Shown piece after piece: positions 55,824 to 64,000 of a DNA stretch of 64,000 nt. The position numbers and the translations under genes were made by a program. Source of the stretch: a virus; IMG/VR virus record IMGVR_UViG_3300009431_000003; one strand, given 5' to 3'. Positions within the stretch are counted from its first letter, which is position 1. Each line of letters opens with the position of its first letter. The notes under the pieces are model-generated. The model had not been told where the DNA came from and made no database searches. It worked only from the letters and a program-made list of their open reading frames with translations.

Positions 55824-56540
55824 ATGGATATACATCTTGAAATTACTCGCAGATGCAATCTACGCTGCGATCATTGCCTCCGAGGTGGAGCACAACGGGT
55901 AGATGTATCCGACAGGGTTCTATACAAAGTATTTCAGCAATGGCCTACTGAGTACATAGGCTCTGTTACTTTTACGGGCGGTGAGCCCTCACTCGTACCT
56001 GACCGAATAGAGAAATTTAGGCACGAACTCCAATATCGCGGAAGCATACTGGGTTTTTGGGAACTTACAACAAATGCTCATTATATTACGGAACCTTTTC
56101 TTACTGCTCTTGAAAAGCTGTCCTGGCATGTCGATGAGAAAGATATGTGCTCGATAAGGATTTCGAGGGACCACTTTCACCGAGCACTCTCGCAGCAACG
56201 CAGCAGGTGGAAATTACAAGAATGGGGAGAACTAACCGGAATTCATATCTACGAAGACAAAGCCCTCGATACTTTTACGGAGAAAATTAAAGGTCAGGGC
56301 AGAGCAAAAAGATATCAGTTAGGTTACGATATCTCAGACAAACACACCCCAGAGTGGGAATACTCTCTTGATGATGATGGCGAAATATCTCACACAGCAG
56401 GCAGTGTATATGTCAATGCTTATGGGGATATAATCGATGGCTGCAATTGGTCATGGATTGAACAGAAACAGCACATCCTTGGAAATGTAAAACACCATAA
56501 GATTGCATCACTTTTAATAAAATACGGAAAGGCGGTATAA
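55824..56540 (+). CDS. Radical SAM protein
   Basis: EITRRCNLRCDHC (CxxxCxxC), FTGGEP, TTNA; AAGGAGG RBS. Confidence 0.9.
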   Translation: MDIHLEITRRCNLRCDHCLRGGAQRVDVSDRVLYKVFQQWPTEYIGSVTFTGGEPSLVPDRIEKFRHELQYRGSILGFWELTTNAHYITEPFLTALEKLSWHVDEKDMCSIRISRDHFHRALSQQRSRWKLQEWGELTGIHIYEDKALDTFTEKIKGQGRAKRYQLGYDISDKHTPEWEYSLDDDGEISHTAGSVYVNAYGDIIDGCNWSWIEQKQHILGNVKHHKIASLLIKYGKAV

Positions 56541-56992
56541 TGAAATTATTTATAGGTGACAGATTCCGTGTGGAACCTACCCCCATAGGCATCAAAATTA
56601 TACAAGGAAATTACATAGTCGAGCACATTTTTAAGGCTGATTACGTGCCCGACCCTAAACTAATTAAAAAGTATACAGGAGATAACTCTTTTCTCGCTGC
56701 TACATACAAAGCAACAAGAAAAGAAAGATATGGATGTCGTAGCCTTGAAGGAGAAGGTTACTCTATCTTTTCAGAAAACTATCCGGCAGCACAAATCACC
56801 ATATTAAGATATTCCCCAAGGAGTTGGTTAGTTACCTGGGAAATAGATATAGAAGCGTCCTCTCCCCGCAGAGCAGCAGAAAAAGCTCTCGAAATTCAAC
56901 GAGACCCGAAAAGTACGGCAACAGTATTCAAATTATTTGACAGTAAGGGAAACGATATAAAAATAGACTTGGAAACAGAGGAGGATGAATGA
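56540..56992 (+). CDS. Hypothetical protein, 150 aa
   Basis: Coupled; C-terminal WEIDIEASSPRRAA..QRDP motif. Confidence 0.7.
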   Translation: MKLFIGDRFRVEPTPIGIKIIQGNYIVEHIFKADYVPDPKLIKKYTGDNSFLAATYKATRKERYGCRSLEGEGYSIFSENYPAAQITILRYSPRSWLVTWEIDIEASSPRRAAEKALEIQRDPKSTATVFKLFDSKGNDIKIDLETEEDE

Positions 56993-57174
56993 CAACCAAA
57001 AGCCACAGAAGATGGTACATCAAGTTTCCACAGGATGTTTATGCTATGGGTCCTGTAGATTTTGAAAAGCCTGTTGAAGAAAAAGCAGTACGTAAATACG
57101 CAAGAGGGTGGGAAGGAGTATCCCGTCTTCCAAATGGTTTCAAATGCTGGCCGGCGCCAGAGAAAGAAGAATAA
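56989..57174 (+). CDS. Hypothetical protein, 61 aa
   Basis: GAGGA RBS; ATGA coupling. Confidence 0.7.
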   Translation: MTTKSHRRWYIKFPQDVYAMGPVDFEKPVEEKAVRKYARGWEGVSRLPNGFKCWPAPEKEE

Positions 57175-57175
57175 T

Positions 57176-57574
57176 ATGAAATTAACTAAAGCACAGGAAA
57201 AGATGCACCCCAAAAAGTTTGAGAGTATGTCTCCAAAAATGGCGGCATATCTTTCTTTCCTTTTAGGGATAAATAGCCTACAAATCGCTTCTCCTCAAAT
57301 AATCTCACTCGGATTAACGTCTGATGGCTTCATAAATACCCATACCAATGCTGGTGGGGATTTTATTGAGAGCTACGAAGACTTAAAGGGAAACTTTGAC
57401 GAGGCCGTAATAGAAGCGTGCAACACCTCAGAAGGAATGACTCCTACAGAAATTGCGGAGATATACCAGCTTTTTTACAAACACATAGACCATCGTTATT
57501 GGTTCATGGGCGGCGCTGGAAGGGAAGCCCAGGCTAAAAAGGAACAAACGACTAAGTACTGGGAGGCAGAGTAA
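57176..57574 (+). CDS. Hypothetical protein (start MKLTKA)
   Basis: Starts 1 nt after the upstream stop. Confidence 0.65.
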   Translation: MKLTKAQEKMHPKKFESMSPKMAAYLSFLLGINSLQIASPQIISLGLTSDGFINTHTNAGGDFIESYEDLKGNFDEAVIEACNTSEGMTPTEIAEIYQLFYKHIDHRYWFMGGAGREAQAKKEQTTKYWEAE

Positions 57575-57984
57575 TGGAAATCCAAGAACATTGGCATGAA
57601 CCTATTCGAGTAGTGTCAATGTATAACCATAAATTGTATATGTGGCAAGCTGGATGGACGAGAGATAAGCGACACTTTCAAAAAGTAAGGGTAGCTTACA
57701 GACTTTATTCTCCGGAAGGAATCATTATCTTCGAGGGCAATGATTATGGCGTATCCCCAATGATGGCGCCGGACTCGGATGAAAGTATAAGAACTCTAAT
57801 GGGCTTCCTTACAATGCGGCCTGGAGATACAGACGACGAGTATTTCAAAGACTACACACCAAAGCAACTTACGTGGGCAGAAAAGAACGCGGATGACTTT
57901 TATCAGTTTACTGATGGCGAAGATATTTCTGAAGACACAGAACCCTTCATAAACCACCCGCTTGAAAACCCGCCGGAGGAGTAA
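57574..57984 (+). CDS. Hypothetical acidic phage protein, 136 aa
   Basis: TAATG coupling; GDTDDEYFKDYT motif. Confidence 0.75.
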   Translation: MEIQEHWHEPIRVVSMYNHKLYMWQAGWTRDKRHFQKVRVAYRLYSPEGIIIFEGNDYGVSPMMAPDSDESIRTLMGFLTMRPGDTDDEYFKDYTPKQLTWAEKNADDFYQFTDGEDISEDTEPFINHPLENPPEE

Positions 57985-58361
57985 TGAATGTATATATTTA
58001 TCAAGCCGATGTCTGGTGCGCTGTATGTGCCAAAAAGATTATACAAGAACTAATAGAAGTAGAAAACATTCCCGAAAATGTTCATAATGAAGCTACTTAT
58101 GACTCCGATAATTTCCCTAAAGGGCCTTATCCTGAAGGTGGAGGCGAAGCTGATACGCCGCAGCATTGTGCTGGTTGTAAGGCTTTTCTCAAAAACCCCT
58201 TAACATCTGAGGGGGAGAAATACGTCTTGGACTTATTAGGCGAAGAGGATGATCCAGTGGTTCGACTACCTCCTAAAGGTTGGCAATACGATACTCCAAA
58301 ACATTCCAAACGATTCGTTGAATGGATTGATCGTTATTCTTATTTGTGGAAAGAGGTCTAA
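57984..58361 (+). CDS. Cys-containing hypothetical protein, 125 aa
   Basis: TAATG coupling; CAVC...HCAGC. Confidence 0.75.
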   Translation: MNVYIYQADVWCAVCAKKIIQELIEVENIPENVHNEATYDSDNFPKGPYPEGGGEADTPQHCAGCKAFLKNPLTSEGEKYVLDLLGEEDDPVVRLPPKGWQYDTPKHSKRFVEWIDRYSYLWKEV

Positions 58362-58727
58362 ATGAAAACTTTTCGATATACAGTACAAATAGATATAAAA
58401 GCAGAAAAACGTACAGAAGCAGACCGAAAACTACAACAAAGAGTTGCCTGTACTTTCTCTCCGAAAGTAGATTGTTTTGAACTTCCTCCTTTAACTGGAA
58501 AACCTTTTCAAGACAGGGCCTGGAAATGCCCTCACTGCGGCGTTGTCATGCAGCACGAGATCTCTGACGGCGCCGGGAAGCGCACCCTGGGGAATTATGC
58601 TGCCTTTAGTCTCCAGGCTGATGAGAACGAAACAGCTACTCAGGAGTACCACTGCAGGGTCTGCGACAAATGGTTCAAGGATACTTACCGGCTGGTCAAG
58701 ATCGAGAAGATCAAAAAGGAGGACTGA
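58362..58727 (+). CDS. Zn-ribbon protein, 121 aa
   Basis: CPHC...CRVC; GAGG RBS. Confidence 0.7.
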   Translation: MKTFRYTVQIDIKAEKRTEADRKLQQRVACTFSPKVDCFELPPLTGKPFQDRAWKCPHCGVVMQHEISDGAGKRTLGNYAAFSLQADENETATQEYHCRVCDKWFKDTYRLVKIEKIKKED

Positions 58728-58936
58728 TGTATGAGAAGATGGTCTATTCCCTGCCCGGCATAGAGAGTCATCCTGTCTGTAAGCACTGCCACGCTCTGGA
58801 TGTTGACGTGAAGGAGTTGTTTGGTATAAAGCTCTCTGAGGCCTTCTGTAAGAACTGCGGTGCCAAGGAGACAGGTAGGACAACCGTAATTGCCTTTAAG
58901 AAGCTCACAGCGCCCTACCCCAAAAATCCTACCTAA
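58727..58936 (+). CDS. Small Zn-ribbon protein (start MYEKM)
   Basis: GGAGG RBS; CKHC...CKNC. Confidence 0.7.
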   Translation: MYEKMVYSLPGIESHPVCKHCHALDVDVKELFGIKLSEAFCKNCGAKETGRTTVIAFKKLTAPYPKNPT

Positions 58937-59210
58937 AAATTATACTTGTTTCAGGCCGAAGACAGGCTGCCAATCTTTGGTCCTTCTCATATTCACCTTC
59001 CACTCTGCGATAGGCTTCCTGAGTGCTCTGGCTCTCGACAGTATCTGGTAGGTGGGCAGACTATCTGGACTGAATTCCTGTAGCTGCTTGCCTGCTTCAA
59101 TAACTTTGTCGTTTGCTTTGCCAGTTCTCATTGCTTTGGCAAGACTTTGGGCGGTACGAATAGCTAACAAGCGCAATAGAGCATTAAGAAATAACAAAAA
59201 GGAGTAAGCA

Positions 59211-59495
59211 ATGGCTGAACACACAAAATTCACAAGAATTGATTTGGGGTTCAACGATATCGGACAAGCTGAAGGTGCCATAGAGCTACACATGGAAATT
59301 GATGGAGAGCCTTGTGGAATTACTCTTTCTTATGAAGCCAGGAAACAGGACCTTTATCAATCTCTACAAGTAGCTGTGCCTACGCCGAAAAGAGAACCTA
59401 AAATAGCTGGCCCTACTTTAGCTGTCAGGTATATATGCTTTACACCTACACAACGAGAAAAGGCAGAAGCTATAGGATATAAAGGAGAAGAATAA
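59211..59495 (+). CDS. Hypothetical protein, paralogue of 62857-63144
   Basis: AAGGAG RBS; 44/69 identical residues by manual alignment. Confidence 0.8.
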   Translation: MAEHTKFTRIDLGFNDIGQAEGAIELHMEIDGEPCGITLSYEARKQDLYQSLQVAVPTPKREPKIAGPTLAVRYICFTPTQREKAEAIGYKGEE

Positions 59496-59899
59496 TGGAA
59501 GCGGAAGCTAAATGGTTACTAGGTATCATAGGACAGTGGGATACTATCGCACAGTCTCTTGAGCGATGGCCGGAGATAAAGAAAGCCGCAATGAACGACG
59601 CTGTACCCATGGATGACGACGAGCCTATGGGCGATGTCGCGGTAAATATCCAACCACCTTCTTTACAATACCTAATTGCTATCGCCGTATCTCTGGACCG
59701 AGATGGGCTGCTGAGTAATGCAACTCTCCAAGCGACTACCAAAAATGACCTGGGTAGGTCCCTAGTAGAACTCTGCAATCGACGAAGAAACCCAATAAGC
59801 GCGGAACTGACTTCAAACTCTGCCGATGGACAACTTATTTCGGCAGCGGTGAGGGCAGAGGAGATTTTGACTAAAGCCCTTAAAAGAAGGAAAAGATAA
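59495..59899 (+). CDS. Hypothetical protein, 134 aa
   Basis: TAATG coupling. Confidence 0.7.
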   Translation: MEAEAKWLLGIIGQWDTIAQSLERWPEIKKAAMNDAVPMDDDEPMGDVAVNIQPPSLQYLIAIAVSLDRDGLLSNATLQATTKNDLGRSLVELCNRRRNPISAELTSNSADGQLISAAVRAEEILTKALKRRKR

Positions 59900-60103
59900 A
59901 TGAGAAGAAAAAACCCGGAAAGCATCGAACCCTCGGAAGATTGGGTGCTTTACCAAGACGGCATGGAGATAAAACGCGGAACAAACTTTGAACTTTTCAA
60001 ATGGATGCTGAATCATCACCCTCAATCCGTATATTACCAACTCAAGTATGAGGGTAAAGCTTTGTATTCCCCAAGCGGGAAAAGGAGTTGTTATGGGAAA
60101 TGA
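59900..60103 (+). CDS. Hypothetical protein, 67 aa
   Basis: Abuts the upstream stop. Confidence 0.65.
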   Translation: MRRKNPESIEPSEDWVLYQDGMEIKRGTNFELFKWMLNHHPQSVYYQLKYEGKALYSPSGKRSCYGK

Positions 60104-60950
60104 TAAGAAAAGTCAGTTAATAATGAGCTTCGAAAAATGGCTTGACTGGCGCATACAATTAGCCGAAGACGCTTTTAAATACCAGAAACCTGGAAGCCAC
60201 ACATATATTCGAATTGAAGCTCGATTAGACTCCTTCCGCGAGGTGAAGAAGAAATTGGATCTGGAGCGGCTTGCTTCTACAGAAAAGCCCAACAAAGGCC
60301 CTAACTTATTGTCTACCCTAAAAAATTGGGCCTTTGCGCCTGTTCCTGTGCAAATATTTGCATGTAACTGTGGCGGGGAAGGTAGAGAGTATAGGGATAA
60401 AAAGACAAAAGAAGTGCGTTTCTATTGCTCCTACTGTGAAAGGGGTACAGCCTATTTTCCGCCAGACGGGATTAAAGAGGCCAAAGAAGCTTGGAGCGAG
60501 ATAATAAAGCAGTCTGTACCTCCTGGAAAAGGCTTTATGTTCAAAGCCGGTCTTTTTGAGGGAGAAGGTTGCTACCCAAACAAAGAAGATCATAAAGAAA
60601 GGTTATTTGGTTCTCCTCCAGATATTGAACCTAAACCTATGAAACTACCAAAGCTAAAAGTCTTGGAGAAGAATAGAAACGCTAAAAGATGTACAGTAAT
60701 AGGAATTGTCAGGGATAGAAAGTCTTCAGGTACTCGTGTATTTAATCTTTCTTGCGGCTACCAACTAAAACTTGGGCCGTCTGTCGCTATAGGCGACCTT
60801 GTCGTATGCCCTTATTGTAGTGGTTTCGCTAAAGGCACTAAAACAGAAAGGCTCGACTCAAGTAAGCCCAACCCTGTACAACCTCCTCGCACACTTCCAG
60901 TAAAAGAATATGACAAGATAATAATTGAAGCTGTGGAGAAAGATAAATGA
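60093..60950 (+). CDS. Cys-rich hypothetical protein (start MGNDKK)
   Basis: AAGGAG RBS; CNC, CSYC, CPYC. Confidence 0.7.
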   Translation: MGNDKKSQLIMSFEKWLDWRIQLAEDAFKYQKPGSHTYIRIEARLDSFREVKKKLDLERLASTEKPNKGPNLLSTLKNWAFAPVPVQIFACNCGGEGREYRDKKTKEVRFYCSYCERGTAYFPPDGIKEAKEAWSEIIKQSVPPGKGFMFKAGLFEGEGCYPNKEDHKERLFGSPPDIEPKPMKLPKLKVLEKNRNAKRCTVIGIVRDRKSSGTRVFNLSCGYQLKLGPSVAIGDLVVCPYCSGFAKGTKTERLDSSKPNPVQPPRTLPVKEYDKIIIEAVEKDK

Positions 60951-61400
60951 AATGTATTCGTTGCGGAGCTTGTTGTCAAATTTTCGATGGGATTGCCTTA
61001 ATTACTAAAGACCTACAGCATCATACTTTATCTTTTTACAAAGCTGAAGCTGTATATGGAAGGTTACAAATAAGAATAGAGGGCATGAAAAAAATGCCCT
61101 TTCCTTCGAGGGCGTAAAGTAAAGAGTTGCTCCATCTATAAGAATAGGCCAGAAGCCTGTAAACTATTTAAGTCCACAAAAGAGAACTGTGCCTGGGCAC
61201 GAGCAGCTATCCAAGCCAGGAAAGAGGGTATTGCTCCGGGCAGTAAAGACTGGCCCAACCCTCCATTAGTTAAAGTGACAAAGAAAGAGGCTAAAAGGCG
61301 GGCGAAGAACATTAATGCCTCAGTTAGCCATAAACGTGAAATATTTCCAAATGTAAGAATAGAGAACCGATCATTACCTGAAATAAAGGAGCCGGCATGA
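60947..61400 (+). pseudogene. YkgJ-like (CxxCxxCC Zn/Fe-cluster) gene split by a +1 frameshift at an A7 run
   Basis: Frame 1 MKCIRCGACC... stops at 61117; the +1 frame gives CPFL...CSIYKNRPEAC to 61400; ATGA coupling at both outer ends. Confidence 0.75.
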
Positions 61401-62563
61401 ACAAGGAAAAGGGAACAGATATATGTCCTGGATGTGGCGGGAAAGGCCGTGTAATGGTCCATGACCCAGACATTTGCGACAAGGCGGAAGAGCGGGTATG
61501 CTCTATCTGTGACGGCAAACGCACAGTCATTTGGCCCATCGAGCCGCCCAATATCTATGCGCGGGTAAGTAAGCGGGCCGGGGATGTCGTCGAAATTAAC
61601 CTACCTATCCTCAAAAAGCCCGTATGGACATACTATGACGAAAATGGTGATTTATCCATTCGAGTCTGGCCAACTGAAGGAGATGCATACATGGCTTGGG
61701 AGAAACAAGTACATCCCGACCGGAAATATGTAGATAGGTCAATGGTCCATATCACTGAGCGATTTTCTAGCAGCGTAGTAAGTATTGGTCTTATAGACGG
61801 TAAACACATCGGCTGGTCCTTCCTGGACGAAACCAAGAATTTTCCAATCCCGGCATTTGCTACAAATAAACTACATTATTGGGAGACAGAAGCAGAGGCG
61901 TGGGTAGAAGCTAACAAATACGCCAATATCACGAATTATGGCGATCCCCGAGATTGCTGTCCAGATGGGCACCCACATCAAGGCTGTCAAGTAGAAGACT
62001 GCCTAAACGATAATATACACTATTTCTGTCCCGAGTCGGAAAAGAAGATCAGCCCGGTTCTTCCAGACAACCACCCCGCCAAAGCATATGATCCAGAGAG
62101 ATGTATTACTGCTGCTGAACTTAGAAAAATGGGCATGGAGTTATCCCCTAATATTCCAGACATAGCCTGGGTCCCCAGATACGCAATACAAATCACTTCT
62201 TGGAACCCTCGCGGAACGGAAAACATCTTCCAGATAGCGATTACATCCCCTTTTCGGTGGGTACAAGCCGACATCATCGTCACCGCTGTACCGACGATTC
62301 GAAAAGGCTTAAACTGGCGTTGCGGGACTTGCGGGGCATGGCACAAGGAAATGCCTACCACAGAATATAACAGACTGATTGCCGTGACAGTTCCAGACAC
62401 CACGGAAGAAGGGTATTGTAACGAGCAGTGCCCTTTCCATTGTCGTGAATCCTCCAAGGATTACTTTTGTATCATCGGACTGCATCAGAAACCAAAAGCA
62501 GTTATGGACGAAGGATGGTGCAGGCCGGGGCCAGAGTGTCCTGCTTATGAAAAAGGAGACTGA
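61397..62563 (+). CDS. Multi-module Cys-rich hypothetical protein, 388 aa
   Basis: AAGGAG RBS; CPGC..CSIC, CGTC, CPFHC. Confidence 0.7.
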   Translation: MNKEKGTDICPGCGGKGRVMVHDPDICDKAEERVCSICDGKRTVIWPIEPPNIYARVSKRAGDVVEINLPILKKPVWTYYDENGDLSIRVWPTEGDAYMAWEKQVHPDRKYVDRSMVHITERFSSSVVSIGLIDGKHIGWSFLDETKNFPIPAFATNKLHYWETEAEAWVEANKYANITNYGDPRDCCPDGHPHQGCQVEDCLNDNIHYFCPESEKKISPVLPDNHPAKAYDPERCITAAELRKMGMELSPNIPDIAWVPRYAIQITSWNPRGTENIFQIAITSPFRWVQADIIVTAVPTIRKGLNWRCGTCGAWHKEMPTTEYNRLIAVTVPDTTEEGYCNEQCPFHCRESSKDYFCIIGLHQKPKAVMDEGWCRPGPECPAYEKGD

Positions 62564-62614
62564 TAATGAGAAACCAAGTAAGCTATCGGAGTCCAACGTG
62601 GAAAGGAGTCCCTG

Positions 62615-62854
62615 ATGAATGAGGAGTATCCACATAGAGTAAATGACAAAGTATATGCCGCCAAGGTCACCGGGACGGGCACTATCATCGGTCTACCTGT
62701 AGTTTGGCTGGACCGTTCCATAGGTTTTGACGCTATCCAAATTGCGACATTCTTGGGCGAGAACCCTAAAGTCAACGAGGAAGTTATTGTCGCTGAGTAT
62801 AGAGACGCGCCAGAAGCCCGATCCCTCCGTGCTTGGCGAAAAGGAAGGAGGTAA
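62615..62854 (+). CDS. Hypothetical protein, 79 aa
   Basis: AAGGAG RBS. Confidence 0.65.
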   Translation: MNEEYPHRVNDKVYAAKVTGTGTIIGLPVVWLDRSIGFDAIQIATFLGENPKVNEEVIVAEYRDAPEARSLRAWRKGRR

Positions 62855-62856
62855 TT

Positions 62857-63144
62857 ATGGCCGAACATACGAAACACACGGTAATCAATCTGGGCTTCAA
62901 CGAAATTGGGCATGCCGAAGGTTGTGTAGAACTACAAGCAGAAATTGACGGAGAGCCTTGCAGCGTCATTATTTCATACGAAGCGCGAAAGCAAGAGCTT
63001 TATCAGACCTTTCGAGTAAATGTCCCTGAGCCGGATAGGGTCGCGAGAATAGAGGGAAACACCACCCGTTTTGATTATAATCGGTTCACACACTCTCAGC
63101 ATATATACAGGCAAGCTGTGGAAAGTACAGGGGAGGGGAAATGA
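62857..63144 (+). CDS. Hypothetical protein, paralogue of 59211-59495
   Basis: GGAGG RBS; MAEHTK start. Confidence 0.8.
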   Translation: MAEHTKHTVINLGFNEIGHAEGCVELQAEIDGEPCSVIISYEARKQELYQTFRVNVPEPDRVARIEGNTTRFDYNRFTHSQHIYRQAVESTGEGK

Positions 63145-63617
63145 TGCAGACAGAGAGGATCACGATAGAGAGCATAAATAACCTACATCCTTGTGGGTGG
63201 GACAGAGAAGATAACGGAAAGAATTATACACCTAGACGAGTACGGGAACTATACGAAGGCACAGATAAGGCCGGGGTCACGCCGTTGGGCTTTATAGAAA
63301 GAGCAACCAAACTCAAGGTACCTCCTGAAGATATTTTGTGGGTACTTTTACGGCCGCAGTTCCTTCCGGAACGAGACTTAGAGGAATTGAGTTGCTTGTT
63401 CGCTTTATGGTCTCTACATTTCTTTGAGGAGGCTTACCCAAATGACGACAGGCCAAGAAAAGCTATAGAGACGAAGCAGAGACGGCTCCATGGTAAAATT
63501 TCCGACAAAGAACTGAAAGCAGCAAGGGCAGCGGCAGCAGAGGCAGCAGAGGCAGCATGGGCAGCCTTGCTCGATATATTAGTGGATTACTTGAAAGGAG
63601 TGAATAATGAAAGATAA
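63141..63617 (+). CDS. Phage protein with Ala-rich repeat tract (Imm5-like DDRPRKAIE motif)
   Basis: YPNDDRPRKAIE followed by AARAAAAEAAEAAWAA. Confidence 0.65.
   Translation: MMQTERITIESINNLHPCGWDREDNGKNYTPRRVRELYEGTDKAGVTPLGFIERATKLKVPPEDILWVLLRPQFLPERDLEELSCLFALWSLHFFEEAYPNDDRPRKAIETKQRRLHGKISDKELKAARAAAAEAAEAAWAALLDILVDYLKGVNNER
63519..63566. repeat. GGCAGC(AGA)-type in-frame short tandem repeat
   Basis: About five GGCAGC-initiated 6/9-nt units encoding the Ala tract. Confidence 0.8.
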
Positions 63618-63819
63618 AGCCGCCAGTGACAGAGGAACTGTACAGCTAGCAAATGTTGATGAATCGTTTAATGTAATCAAAGTCAACCTAAAAACAGACA
63701 TCAATACCTTCCTGTGGTCACGTCTTCCGGGCAGCACGACAATTTCGCGGGCAGACGAAATAGCTTGCACGATATACAATGTGATTATAGCAGAATTGGA
63801 GAGTAAAAATGAAGTTTAG
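63607..63819 (+). CDS. Hypothetical protein, 70 aa
   Basis: AAGGAG RBS. Confidence 0.65.
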   Translation: MKDKAASDRGTVQLANVDESFNVIKVNLKTDINTFLWSRLPGSTTISRADEIACTIYNVIIAELESKNEV

Positions 63820-64000
63820 AGAGAAACCTATAGAGGTAGAGGCGGTACAGTGGGACGGGAGCGGGGAGACGTTCGACATACTTAAGAAGATAGCCGGTCC
63901 TCGTGTTTTACAGTGGGATTACAACGGAAATTATCTCTTGATTAAGACTCTGGAGGGAAAGATGCGTGGAAATCTGGGGGACTGGATTATCCAAGGAGTT
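63809..64000 (+). CDS. Common phage protein (KFREKPIEVEAVQW...KTLEG...GDWII), partial
   Basis: GGAG RBS; ATG at 63809; runs off the window. Confidence 0.75.
   Translation, partial: MKFREKPIEVEAVQWDGSGETFDILKKIAGPRVLQWDYNGNYLLIKTLEGKMRGNLGDWIIQGV

Noticed and set aside
58940-59207. Gene in the gap before 59211 (minus-strand MRTGKANDK... or a plus-strand hydrophobic frame)
   Set aside because: Neither candidate has a convincing RBS and the plus frame is broken by a TAG at 59049; unresolved, so not called.
1-64000. CRISPR array, diversity-generating retroelement, rRNA or canonical tRNA
   Set aside because: No regularly spaced repeats, no reverse transcriptase motif, no TR/VR-like adenine-only mismatched pair, and no canonical tRNA were seen by eye.
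1-64000. Alternative genetic code (stop reassignment, as in some large phages)
   Set aside because: Very long ORFs and tight gene packing are obtained with code 11, and TAA, TAG and TGA all terminate coupled genes.

Overview
This window is part of a large (jumbo-scale) contractile-tailed bacteriophage genome, read with the standard code; the RBSs and sigma70-type promoters indicate a bacterial host, probably an anaerobe. 1-25073 (minus strand) is the tail/baseplate module: a >2143-aa baseplate-J-like ORF missed by the ORF track because it runs off the edge, a gp25-like wedge protein, large tail/hub proteins, a tape measure protein, and an embedded phage sigma factor. 25176-40227 is mostly minus-strand small hypothetical and Zn-ribbon genes, plus an inverted ATP-dependent DNA ligase, two GroES homologues, two ATP-grasp ligases and a tail-assembly-chaperone-like gene with a canonical G GGA AAT -1 slippery site. 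40291-64000 (plus strand) is an accessory/early region: SLT lysozyme, MazG-like and DUF5662-like proteins, a stand-alone NrdD glycyl-radical peptide, DUF932, a radical SAM protein and a frameshifted YkgJ-like gene. It is interrupted by an AT-richer glycan-modification island (48.1-54.4 kb). The best candidates for new biology are (i) a 1669-aa six-catalytic-domain polypeptide (GT4-GT2-GT9-GT2-like-FkbM MTase-class I MTase) next to two sulfotransferases, i.e. a putative phage glycan assembly line, and (ii) a tRNA-like RNA at 42551-42624 with a tRNA-His-type G-1:C73+CCA acceptor end but a non-decoding anticodon arm. No CRISPR array, rRNA, canonical tRNA, transposase or reverse transcriptase was seen. 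All family assignments come from motif recognition by eye, not database searches.
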